The notes beneath the pieces are model-generated. The model had not been told where the DNA came from and searched no databases. It was given only the letters and a program-made list of their open reading frames with translations. The translations under genes and the position numbers were made by a program. Below, in pieces: positions 18,391-26,627 of a stretch of DNA of 32,000 nt. Position 1 is the stretch's first letter, and the number at the start of each line of letters is the position of its first letter. Source of the DNA: Acaryochloris marina S15 (GTDB lineage: Bacteria; Cyanobacteriota; Cyanobacteriia; Thermosynechococcales; Thermosynechococcaceae); contig NZ_CP064923.1 of NCBI RefSeq assembly GCF_018336915.1, positions 3,510,001 through 3,542,000 of the forward strand, written 5' to 3'.

Positions 18391-18888
18391 ATGCTGAGGG
18401 CTACAGTCGATATAAAGGATATAGCTGACGTGTCACTGGTATTTGTTCGCAAGCTGTCCAACACAGAAAAACGTAAAGCTGATTTGATGTTAGCTCTGAC
18501 GGCTGAAGAACGGATGCGATCGCGCCATAAATTCCAAACTCCAGAGGGCCAAACCGTCTTCCTGCAGCTGGATCGAGGCACTGTTCTATATGATGGTGAC
18601 TTGCTGCAATCTGATAGCGATACCGTATTGCGTATCGTTGCTAAACCCGAACCTGTTTTAACGGTCCAAGCCCCTACTCTTCTAGATCTATTGAGGAGTG
18701 CTTACCATTTAGGCAATCGTCACGTTCCCTTAGAAATTACACCGACCTGTTTACGTCTCGCGCCCGATTCGGTTTTGCGCAATATGCTGGAACAGTTGGG
18801 AATGGATGTGACGGAAGAATTGCATCCCTTTCAACCCGAAGCGGGCGCTTATGGTTCACAGGGAAACCATCATAGCCATTCCCATTAG
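18391..18888 (+). CDS. ureE: Urease accessory protein UreE
   Basis: [48 protein letters not shown], and a His-rich tail GNHHSHSH. The track ORF (18265) carries an implausible N-terminal extension. Candidate starts are ATG 18391 and GTG 18430 (VSLVFVRKL...), the latter with AAGGA about 10 nt upstream. Confidence 0.88.
   Translation: MLRATVDIKDIADVSLVFVRKLSNTEKRKADLMLALTAEERMRSRHKFQTPEGQTVFLQLDRGTVLYDGDLLQSDSDTVLRIVAKPEPVLTVQAPTLLDLLRSAYHLGNRHVPLEITPTCLRLAPDSVLRNMLEQLGMDVTEELHPFQPEAGAYGSQGNHHSHSH
18516..18523. repeat. HIP1 octamer GCGATCGC
   Basis: Perfect GCGATCGC read directly from the sequence. Confidence 0.9.
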
Positions 18889-18958
18889 CACCTGGGTTAT
18901 CAATCCCGTGTTCTGATCTTAAAGTCTAAAATCATCTCATTGATTGTTGTAAGCTCCC

Positions 18959-19531
18959 ATGAACCCTGATGTCATAGAAGAGCGTATTCGTTGGACTACC
19001 ACAGATTTAGCATTGCTTCCTGAAAGTAGCAGTCGCTATGAAATTATTGATGGCGAGCTTTTTGTGACGCCTGTTCCTCACTGGCAGCATCAAAACGTTA
19101 GTGGCAATATTTTTGCAGAACTGCGTGATTGGTCTTTAGAGATGGGAATCGGTGAGTCAGTTATAGCTCCAGGTCTCGTTTTTAGCGATGTAGACAGCAT
19201 TATTCCAGATGTAGTGTGGATCAGCAAAGGACGTTTAGCTGCTGCTTTGGATGAATCAGGACATCTTGTGGCCGCTCCTGAGTTAGTGATTGAGGTTTTG
19301 TCGGCAGGCACGGAAAACGAGCGCAGAGATCGCGAGGCCAAACTCAAGCTCTACAGCGTTCGCGGAGTGCAGGAATACTGGATTATCAATTGGCAATTGC
19401 AGCAAGTGGAAATTTACCGTCGCCAACAAGCAATGTTGAAATTGGTTACAGCGCTACTGGATGATGCAGAGACTATCGCTTCCCCCCTTTTGCCTAATTT
19501 TGCTTGTCCTCTATCACGATTGTTTATTTAG
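18959..19531 (+). CDS. Uma2 family (formerly DUF820) restriction-endonuclease-like protein, paralogue 2
   Basis: YEIIDGELFVTPVP, IIPDVVWISKG, PELVIEVLSAGTE, RDREAKLKLY, VQEYWII. These are the same conserved blocks as in paralogue 1. Confidence 0.85.
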   Translation: MNPDVIEERIRWTTTDLALLPESSSRYEIIDGELFVTPVPHWQHQNVSGNIFAELRDWSLEMGIGESVIAPGLVFSDVDSIIPDVVWISKGRLAAALDESGHLVAAPELVIEVLSAGTENERRDREAKLKLYSVRGVQEYWIINWQLQQVEIYRRQQAMLKLVTALLDDAETIASPLLPNFACPLSRLFI

Positions 19532-19534
19532 GAA

Positions 19535-19549
19535 GAGGGTGTCACCCTC
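19535..19549. terminator. Short GC-rich palindrome between convergent genes
   Basis: GAGGGTG t CACCCTC, located 4 nt after the Uma2 stop and overlapping the stop codon of the minus-strand hydrolase gene. Too short to be a confident terminator. Confidence 0.25.
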
Positions 19550-20651
19550 AGGATGGCTTAGCTAAAGATAGGCTCTGGCTATAGTATTTGCGAATCACTT
19601 CTGCGGCCGGTTTGTTCTGGGGTGAGAAACCAGCGCCTTGTTGTTTGGGATTGGCCTCAATTGAGGGAATCCACTTCCACCAGTACACCCCAGCAAACCA
19701 GTCTTGCTGCCAGATGGTTTGGAAGAAGGCTTCATAGCAATTCGCTTGAGTACGTAAGCCCTCTGAGGTTGCTAGCTGGGTTGGATTGATTTCAGAGGTG
19801 TCGGGCCATTTCCACGGTTCTATGGCGGCATCTGAGGTACTGCGATACCCCAGTTCTGTGAAGATGACGGGTTTCTGATATTTGTTGTGGAGGGTTGCGA
19901 TCGCATCCCCATATTGCTGCCAAGCCTGCTTCAACTCCGCTACTCTCGGTTCAGTTTTGGAGGCCAAGGGAAAATAAGCTTGAATACCAATAAAGTCCAA
20001 GGCATCCCAAAACTGAATTTGCTCATAGGCTTCATACCAGTTGGCAGCATAGGTGAGCTGCCCAGGATACACCTGCCGAATCTCAGCAATTAATTGTCGC
20101 CAGTCTTGTTCTCGTTCTACGGCTGTGGTCTGCAGTTCAGTGCCAATGCAGAGGATGGGAATATTCTGTTGTTTAGCCAACTGGGCGTAATGCAGAATAA
20201 ACCGACGATAGTTGGTAAACCAGGTCTGCCAATCCGCCTCAGATTTCATTTTGATATCCGTCCGCCACTTACCTTCCTGGGGGCGAGTTAACCAGATATG
20301 TGGTTTTAAAAGGGTTTGAATGCCTCGCTTTTGAGCCAATTGAGTGGTGGTGCTCAGTCCCTCATCGGTCTCGCCCCACCAAACCCCTTTTGTGGTTAGT
20401 GCTAAATCAGGGGAATCAATATCCTGCTGCCACCCAAAAGGGGTTTGGACGATCCAATTCACATGGGCTTTAATCAGGGTGTCAAAATTCTCGGCAGAGA
20501 TGGGGGTGCGTTCTGCTGTCCAAGACATCCCTCTCTGCTTAGCTCCGGGTTCAATTTGAACGACAGCTGGCGCTTGGCTGTCAACTTGGAAGATCTTGCA
20601 ACCGACCACTAATAGCATGGTGAGACTCACCAGCAGGATAAACCTTTTCAT
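19548..20651 (-). CDS. Putative glycoside hydrolase (clan GH-A-like TIM barrel), lipoprotein
   Basis: Signal peptide with lipobox LLVVGC. CIGTELQ and VIFTELGYRS resemble the acid/base and nucleophile Glu strands of GH-A enzymes. The exact GH family is not recognised by eye. Confidence 0.6.
   Translation of the reverse strand: MKRFILLVSLTMLLVVGCKIFQVDSQAPAVVQIEPGAKQRGMSWTAERTPISAENFDTLIKAHVNWIVQTPFGWQQDIDSPDLALTTKGVWWGETDEGLSTTTQLAQKRGIQTLLKPHIWLTRPQEGKWRTDIKMKSEADWQTWFTNYRRFILHYAQLAKQQNIPILCIGTELQTTAVEREQDWRQLIAEIRQVYPGQLTYAANWYEAYEQIQFWDALDFIGIQAYFPLASKTEPRVAELKQAWQQYGDAIATLHNKYQKPVIFTELGYRSTSDAAIEPWKWPDTSEINPTQLATSEGLRTQANCYEAFFQTIWQQDWFAGVYWWKWIPSIEANPKQQGAGFSPQNKPAAEVIRKYYSQSLSLAKPS
19897..19904. 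repeat. HIP1 octamer GCGATCGC
   Basis: Perfect GCGATCGC read directly from the sequence. Confidence 0.9.
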
Positions 20652-20746
20652 GGAGATGAAGATGGATAGATGCTCTTTAGACTAACGGTTGTGCTGGATG
20701 TCAGAATGAGTAACCGCTTAGAAACGGATTTGTTATTGATTCATGC

Positions 20747-21454
20747 ATGTTGCCTCTAGTTGTGAACAATCTCCAAACTCTCCAACGCTTACTCCAATTA
20801 ACGAGTCCGACTTTACCCGTCGGGGCCTATAGCTATTCCGAAGGTTTGGAATGGTTAGTTGACCAGGGAACGATAAACAACGAATCCCATTTGTGGACAT
20901 GGTTGCTTCAAGAGCTAGCCTATGGCTCCATTCGTATGGAAGCTGCGGTCATGGTTCGTGGGTATCGGGCCAACACAGATTTGCAAACATTGCAGTACTG
21001 GAATGCCTGGTTATCTGCGGCTAGAGAAACGGAAGAGTTGAGGCTTCAAAGCTTACAGATGGGGCGATCGCTGTTGCGATTATCTCAAGCGTTGCAAGAT
21101 CCAGAAAACTCTAGCTCCGAATTGATCGAGGTATGGGAGAAATTGCGCATAGAAGGATGCAATTTTGCGATCGCATTTGGTCTCACCGCCAACCTCTGGC
21201 AAATCCCCCTAGAAGCTGCCACCCTAGGCTATCTCCACAGTTGGGCCACTAATCTCATCGGTGCCGGGATTAAACTTATACCCCTCGGACAAACCTCAGG
21301 GCAAAAACTACTTTTTCAACTTCAACCCCATTTGGAAGCAGCAACTCAATCGATTTTGCTCCTCGAAGATGAAGATCTCTGCAGTTGTGGATGGGGACTG
21401 GCCCTGGCCAGCATGGCTCACGAGACTCAATATAGTCGTTTGTTTCGCAGTTAA
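20747..21454 (+). CDS. ureF: Urease accessory protein UreF
   Basis: [24 protein letters not shown] is the canonical UreF N-terminal block. Length is 235 aa. Confidence 0.92.
   Translation: MLPLVVNNLQTLQRLLQLTSPTLPVGAYSYSEGLEWLVDQGTINNESHLWTWLLQELAYGSIRMEAAVMVRGYRANTDLQTLQYWNAWLSAARETEELRLQSLQMGRSLLRLSQALQDPENSSSELIEVWEKLRIEGCNFAIAFGLTANLWQIPLEAATLGYLHSWATNLIGAGIKLIPLGQTSGQKLLFQLQPHLEAATQSILLLEDEDLCSCGWGLALASMAHETQYSRLFRS
21064..21071. repeat. HIP1 octamer GCGATCGC
   Basis: Perfect GCGATCGC read directly from the sequence. Confidence 0.9.
21167..21174. repeat. HIP1 octamer GCGATCGC
   Basis: Perfect GCGATCGC read directly from the sequence. Confidence 0.9.
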
Positions 21455-21537
21455 AAAAACACGTCTCCCAAGGCTTGTAAGATACTGGCAGCCTTTTTTA
21501 GTTCATCAACCTTTGAAATTCTAGGACTGACCTCATC

Positions 21538-22152
21538 ATGAATTCCCTTCGAGTTGGGGTTGCTGGCCCCGTTGGCTCAGGCAAAACGGCATTAGTAGAT
21601 GCCCTCTGTAAAGCAATGCGGGATCAGTACAATCTGGCCGTTGTCACCAACGATATCTATACCCAAGAAGATGCTCAGTTTCTGGTGCGCAGTCAGGCCC
21701 TAAGCCAAGACAGAATCTTAGGGGTCGAAACAGGCGGATGTCCCCATACCGCTATCCGCGAAGATGCTTCCATTAACCTAGCTGCGATCGAAGATTTAGA
21801 GCAGCAGTTTTCTCCCGATATTGTCTTTGTCGAAAGTGGGGGAGATAACTTAGCAGCTACTTTCAGTCCCGAACTCGTCGATCTCACGATTTATGTCATT
21901 GACGTCGCGGGTGGCGACAAAATTCCTCGTAAAGGCGGACCAGGGATCACTAAATCTGACTTATTGGTCATCAATAAAATTGATCTTGCTCCTTATGTTG
22001 GGGCCAGTCTCCAAGTCATGGAGGAAGATACGAAAAAAATGCGGGGTACTAAACCCTTTGTCATGGCTAACCTTAAGGAACAGGATGGTCTTCCCGCAGT
22101 TAAGGAGTTTGTCGTTCAACACATTCCGCCAGTTCCCAATAAAAAGCGGTAA
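21538..22152 (+). CDS. ureG: Urease accessory GTPase UreG
   Basis: P-loop GPVGSGKT, plus [20 protein letters not shown] and LVINKIDL. Confidence 0.97.
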   Translation: MNSLRVGVAGPVGSGKTALVDALCKAMRDQYNLAVVTNDIYTQEDAQFLVRSQALSQDRILGVETGGCPHTAIREDASINLAAIEDLEQQFSPDIVFVESGGDNLAATFSPELVDLTIYVIDVAGGDKIPRKGGPGITKSDLLVINKIDLAPYVGASLQVMEEDTKKMRGTKPFVMANLKEQDGLPAVKEFVVQHIPPVPNKKR

Positions 22153-22188
22153 TCAGCAAAGCCAATTACCGCACAGTTGAGTGAGTCA

Positions 22189-22223
22189 GGAGTTAAACCA
22201 TGAAGCTAACTCCCGGAGTTAAA
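22189..22223. terminator. Three-arm complementary element between convergent ureG and the porin gene
   Basis: GGAGTTA (22189..22195), TAACTCC (22207..22213), GGAGTTA (22215..22221). The middle arm can pair with either flanking arm. GGAGTTAAA is directly repeated at 22189 and 22215. Confidence 0.35.
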
Positions 22224-22234
22224 AACCTAGAACA

Positions 22235-24067
22235 CTAGAACGAGAACACGACCCGAAGCAAGCCCTGATAGAGGTTGGGCTCAATACTGCTACTGTTGGG
22301 ATTCAAAATAGCAGAGAAAATGGGGCTAATGGTGATGTTGTCATTCACTGGGAAACGATAGAAGGCTTCGAAGTTAATTTGGTCTTCATCGTTCACCCCT
22401 ACCGCTTGAGGCAGATTGTTCATGAAAGGCATGCCAGCGGAAACCGCAAATAAGGAACCCGGTACTAACAAATCGTGAATACCAGCACCTGCCTGCCAAG
22501 TTTGGGCATCAAAACGCCCCACATTACCCGCAGCAAACGGAATGGGGTTCGCGACGTTATTGCCATTGGCAAAGGAATAAGCGTAACGGCCAAAAATGCC
22601 GAACTGACCAAATTTTGCTTCTGCATTGACTCCCACAACATTTTGGCTAACACCAAATGTTTCAGAATTCGTATATTGCAGCTTCACGGCATAGTTGGAG
22701 TCATCGCCTAACTCACCGGTATATTCCAATTCAGCCGTCGCTTGGTAGGGATCACCAAATAGGCCACCATCATTGGGTGGGCCTGTGTTAACTGCGGAGA
22801 AACCATTCACCGCAACATAGGCACCCCGTAAAGACACAGGACCGCCATTGAAATTCCAGTCAAAACCAGCACCTGCACCACCTAAGAAGTTGGTGATGTA
22901 AGGAGTAATCAAGGGGTTATTGATCAAGAACCAGGTACTGAAACCTGTAAACGGGCTGGTGTAGCTGTTGCCGTCAATAATGTCTGTTGGATAATACAAC
23001 GGTGCCACCGTTACCGCTAAATCTTCGATGGGCTTAAAGGTATAGGCTAAGCGGTAGAGGGTCGCATTATTGGGTAGGCCAGCAAAGTAATACTGACCTG
23101 GGTTGAATAAAGGTGCACTTTGGGCGAAGGGCAGTGTTGCAGTACTCCCAACCTGGGCATTGGAGAATAAATCTTGCCCGTTATTACCAAAGAACAACGT
23201 GGTTTGTAAGAGGTCATCTCCAGAAAAGCTGGTATTGAAGCTCATGTAAACAGAGCCAATCGCACTTGCCCGAGAGTCTGCCAATTGGTTGACGCCAGGC
23301 GTTAAACCATCGGAAGAGTTATCGAAAGCTCGGTTGTCTGAATCACCAAATTGGGCCGTAAAAACAGCGTCAACACTCAATTTAGTCGTAGTGGAGAACT
23401 GTTGGGCTTCAACGGTGGCGACCCGAGCCTCAAGGCCGTCAACCCGTCCTCTCAAAGTCGCAAGTTCAGCTGCAAATTCATCTTGCAGAGCCTTCAGGGC
23501 ATCCAGATCTTCCTTCGTGGCAAAGCGATTGCTGAGGTTGTCTAGACAGGCGTTGACTAAAGCTGCAGCTTCCCGACGAGACATGGCTCGCCCCGGACGG
23601 AACGTACCATTGGGGTAACCGGCAACACAGCCATAGCGCTCGACTAAGGACTGAATGGCCTGAAAAGCCCAATCATCAGGCTGAACATCCGATAACTGAG
23701 AAACCGAGGTTACTTGCCCCACGGAATCAGTTTGGGTTTCCTCCATCAAATCTGCAACAGAAGAAGACACTGGAGTAGAGTGATTGGCTAATTGTAAGGA
23801 CTCTACTTCTGCAACTGTAGTGCTAGAAGTCTCATCAGACTTGATATCAATCTCTTCTAATACCTCAGGGGTAGTAAAGAGGGCTTGAGCTTCCTCACTA
23901 TCATCAATCTCAGAGTTGAGAGCTAACTCCAAAGAGGGGATCGCAGTGATATCTGCTTGCACTTCTTCCAAAGCGGTGGGTTCTACTGCCCCCACAGCAG
24001 TAGGCAACAAACATGCCCATAAAGCGAGAGATGAAAAAACTAGGGATTTATCCCGAATACTGGTCAT
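22235..24067 (-). CDS. Cyanobacterial outer-membrane porin with SLH domain, coiled coil and OprB-type beta-barrel
   Basis: Signal peptide and acidic linker, then an SLH motif (DDWAFQAIQSLVERYGCVAGYPNGTFRPGRAMSRREAAALVNACL). A coiled coil (ELATLRGRVDGLEARVATVEAQQ) is followed by a G/N/F/Y-rich barrel ending in ...VVFSF, the C-terminal Phe typical of OMPs. I prefer the start at ATG 24067, with GAGGA about 8 nt upstream; the track start is 24085. Confidence 0.9.
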   Translation of the reverse strand: MTSIRDKSLVFSSLALWACLLPTAVGAVEPTALEEVQADITAIPSLELALNSEIDDSEEAQALFTTPEVLEEIDIKSDETSSTTVAEVESLQLANHSTPVSSSVADLMEETQTDSVGQVTSVSQLSDVQPDDWAFQAIQSLVERYGCVAGYPNGTFRPGRAMSRREAAALVNACLDNLSNRFATKEDLDALKALQDEFAAELATLRGRVDGLEARVATVEAQQFSTTTKLSVDAVFTAQFGDSDNRAFDNSSDGLTPGVNQLADSRASAIGSVYMSFNTSFSGDDLLQTTLFFGNNGQDLFSNAQVGSTATLPFAQSAPLFNPGQYYFAGLPNNATLYRLAYTFKPIEDLAVTVAPLYYPTDIIDGNSYTSPFTGFSTWFLINNPLITPYITNFLGGAGAGFDWNFNGGPVSLRGAYVAVNGFSAVNTGPPNDGGLFGDPYQATAELEYTGELGDDSNYAVKLQYTNSETFGVSQNVVGVNAEAKFGQFGIFGRYAYSFANGNNVANPIPFAAGNVGRFDAQTWQAGAGIHDLLVPGSLFAVSAGMPFMNNLPQAVGVNDEDQINFEAFYRFPVNDNITISPIFSAILNPNSSSIEPNLYQGLLRVVFSF

Positions 24068-24336
24068 ATAAAAATCCTCACACACACCTAGAACTTCGAT
24101 TCAGAACTTGAATCTGTTCTTAAAACTTAAACATTTCATCAAAAGCAAGAAACTGACTGCTTAGCCACAGACACTAAATACAAATAATTTAGGTGTTATG
24201 GAAGCTTTTGTGTGTTAAATCAGGTCGACATTAGTCTATAAAAACGTATCAATTGGCTATGGAACTGTAGCCAGTTAGACAAAGCACTAGCCTTTAAACA
24301 CTTTGGTCATATTGCTTAGATGACAATTTCCTAACT

Positions 24337-24374
24337 CTTATATTAAGGCAGCCTTAGTAGATCCTTAATATAAG
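24337..24374. repeat. 12-bp perfect inverted repeat with a 14-nt spacer in the porin/urtA divergent region
   Basis: CTTATATTAAGG (24337..24348) and CCTTAATATAAG (24363..24374), about 270 nt upstream of the porin start. No gene ends nearby, so it is not an obvious terminator. Possibly an operator or an RNA hairpin. Confidence 0.4.
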
Positions 24375-24413
24375 TCCCCCAAATACAACTACGGTATAGC
24401 AGGTATTTTTTTT

Positions 24414-24427
24414 GTAAAATACAATAC
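24414..24427. promoter_or_regulatory. Sequence matching the NtcA consensus GTA-N8-TAC
   Basis: GTAaaatacaaTAC read directly. No well-spaced -10 (TAN3T at about 22 nt) found in either direction. In DNA this AT-rich a chance match is plausible. Confidence 0.2.
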
Positions 24428-25034
24428 AAATTAAAGAACAATTAAACTTGTGATTTCTTGGAATCTAAAAAGACTGATACCCAAGAAATATATGAGTGCT
24501 TGAATAAGTGAACTTTGGCGATATATTTTGAGGGCGTTGAGTAATTTCATTATAAAAACTCACTTCATATATCACATATTGTCAGCCTTGCCAAAGATTT
24601 TCTTTAGAGCTATGAAAAGAATATTTCTCAACGGAACTTCAAAGCTAAAAATAGAATTGCATTAATTATTGAAGATATTTCTCAATTATTAGCTTGAGAT
24701 CAAAGAAATTTGTGAATTCCTCATGGTAGTGGCGAGTAATAGACAAGCTGAAGAGAAGATATCTTAGCCGAACTTGAGTATCAATAGAGGTATGTGAGTA
24801 TACTCCAAATGGGCAATTTATTCTAAAAAAAACCAAATTAGGTGTTTAGCTAGTATTAGCAGATGTTGAGCTTTATAGCGATACTCAATGGCTTTAGTGA
24901 CTATGTTCTAACGCCAGGAAAAACCTTGGAATTTAACTTTTTGTTAATAAAAACAATAAATCTTCCTAGTCTTTACAGAGCAAGGGTTATAGGCGATGAC
25001 TTATTTCATAAATAGGAAGAATAGCAGATTTTCT

Positions 25035-25048
25035 GTATCAGAGATAAC
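25035..25048 (+). promoter_or_regulatory. NtcA-type box (GTA-N8-AAC) with a correctly spaced -10, upstream of urtA
   Basis: GTAtcagagatAAC, then 23 nt, then TAGTAT (25072..25077; fits TAN3T). This matches the class II NtcA-activated promoter architecture. It lies about 250 nt upstream of the urtA start. Confidence 0.4.
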
Positions 25049-25073
25049 ATTTTTCTTGCAGGTTAAATCTCTA

Positions 25074-25087
25074 GTATTTTCTGTTAC
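25074..25087 (+). promoter_or_regulatory. Perfect NtcA consensus GTA-N8-TAC upstream of urtA
   Basis: GTAttttctgtTAC read directly. The nearest good -10 (TATATT, 25118..25123) is 30 nt away, longer than the canonical spacing of about 22 nt. This box overlaps the putative -10 of the preceding box. Confidence 0.4.
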
Positions 25088-25288
25088 AGGTCATGTTGCC
25101 AGGAATCAGCAATCATTTATATTGTGCTAATCAAAGACCAAAGCAACTGAATTAGGGGGAAGATCGAAACTGTTTCTTCGGAGATTGAGAAAAAATTGAC
25201 CACCTAGACATGTGATGCTAGCAATCTGTTAATCAATAAACATGTCTGTATTTATCAAGTTACTTTGTTTTGTGGAGTGAATCGGTTT

Positions 25289-26581
25289 ATGGCCAGAGGA
25301 TTTGGTCGGCGCGAATTCCTAATTATGGGTTCCGTCGCTTCAGGGAGTGTGCTGCTCAAAGCCTGTACACCCGGTAGTCAGGACAGTGGAAGCACAGATG
25401 GTGGTAGTCCTTCCGGTGACACCATCAAGGTGGGGATTCTCCACTCTTTGAGTGGCACCATGGCAATCAGCGAGAAAAGTGTTGTAGACGCTGAGAAATT
25501 AGCCATTAAAGAAATTAATGCAGCAGGAGGCGTCTTAGGGAAGCAGATCGAGGCCATTACGGAAGATGGTCAGTCTGACTGGGATAAGTTCTCAGAAAAA
25601 GCGAAAAAGCTGATTGAACAAGACAAGGTCGTGACCGTCTTTGGTTGCTGGACCTCTGCCAGTAGAAAAGCGGTCAAGCCTGTATTTGAGTCCAAAGACC
25701 ATATGCTGTGGTATCCCGTTCAATATGAAGGCCAAGAATGCTCCAAGAACATTTTCTATACGGGCGCAGCACCTAACCAGCAAATCGAGCCTTCTGTTGA
25801 TTGGCTGCTGGAAGAATACAAGGGCAAGCCTTTCTTTTTAGTGGGGTCTGACTACGTTTTCCCCCGTACTGCTAACACCATCATCAAAGCTCAGCTAGAA
25901 GCGAAGGGTGGTAAGCATGTGGGTGAAGAATATATCCAACTGGGTAGTACGGATGTCACTCCTGTCATTGCCAAAATCCAAGCTGCCCTCCCTGAGGGTG
26001 GTGTCATTTATAACAGCCTGAATGGCGATACGAATGTTGCCTTCTTTAAGCAATTGCAAGGTAAAGGGCTAGGCCCAGATAAATACCCCTCTATGTCAGT
26101 CAGTATTGCTGAAGAAGAGGTGAAGGCCATTGGTGTTGAATACCTCAAAGATCACTATGCGGCTTGGAATTACTTCCAAACCGTTGATTCTCCTGAAAGC
26201 AAAAAGTTTGTAGAAGCTTTCAAGAAGGAATATGGTGAGGATCGGGTCGTTAATGACCCTATGGAAGCGTCTTACATCATGGTGTATCTATGGAAGCAGG
26301 CTGTAGAGGAAGCAGGTACTGCTGATGATCTAGAGAAAGTAAGAGCTGCTGCTATTGGCCAAGAATTTGCAGCACCGAATGGTCCTGTTAAGGTTGCGGG
26401 CAATCACCATATTTCCAAGACAGTGAGAATCGGCAAGATTGGAGAGGATGGTCTCTTTGAAATTGTCAATTCCACCGATGGTCCTGTGGAACCCATTGCT
26501 TGGAACCAGTTTGTGAAAGATACCAAGGGATATGCCTGTGATTGGTCTGATCCCAATAAAGGCGAGAAATATAAGATCTAA
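25289..26581 (+). CDS. urtA: Urea ABC transporter substrate-binding protein UrtA
   Basis: ORF 25265..26581, with a TTG track start. ATG at 25289 gives [26 protein letters not shown] (an RR-containing signal ending in Cys). The body is a LivJ-like periplasmic binding fold ([30 protein letters not shown]). It is followed by urtBCDE. Confidence 0.93.
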   Translation: MARGFGRREFLIMGSVASGSVLLKACTPGSQDSGSTDGGSPSGDTIKVGILHSLSGTMAISEKSVVDAEKLAIKEINAAGGVLGKQIEAITEDGQSDWDKFSEKAKKLIEQDKVVTVFGCWTSASRKAVKPVFESKDHMLWYPVQYEGQECSKNIFYTGAAPNQQIEPSVDWLLEEYKGKPFFLVGSDYVFPRTANTIIKAQLEAKGGKHVGEEYIQLGSTDVTPVIAKIQAALPEGGVIYNSLNGDTNVAFFKQLQGKGLGPDKYPSMSVSIAEEEVKAIGVEYLKDHYAAWNYFQTVDSPESKKFVEAFKKEYGEDRVVNDPMEASYIMVYLWKQAVEEAGTADDLEKVRAAAIGQEFAAPNGPVKVAGNHHISKTVRIGKIGEDGLFEIVNSTDGPVEPIAWNQFVKDTKGYACDWSDPNKGEKYKI

Positions 26582-26627
26582 GCCTCGCCTACCGTTATCA
26601 ACAACCTTTTAACCATGAGGAGATGCT

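Noticed and set aside
18231-18581. 116-aa minus-strand ORF overlapping the ureE 5' region, and the 42-codon N-terminal extension of the ureE track ORF (18265..18390)
   Set aside because: The minus-strand ORF is antisense to a well-supported gene and has a Ser/Arg-rich junk-like translation. The ureE extension ([15 protein letters not shown]...) has no UreE similarity.
24863-25015. 50-codon ORF (MLSFIAILNGFSDYVLTPGKTLEFNFLLIKTINLPSLYRARVIGDDLFHK*) inside the AT-rich porin/urtA spacer
   Set aside because: It has no Shine-Dalgarno sequence, its composition simply mirrors the AT-rich DNA, and no family is recognisable. An ORF of this length is expected by chance. Only conservation or ribosome-profiling data would rescue it.
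25102-25120. Fur-box-like AATCATT core upstream of urtA and the porin gene
   Set aside because: Only about 10 of 19 positions match the GATAATGATAATCATTATC consensus when aligned by eye. This is insufficient in AT-rich DNA.
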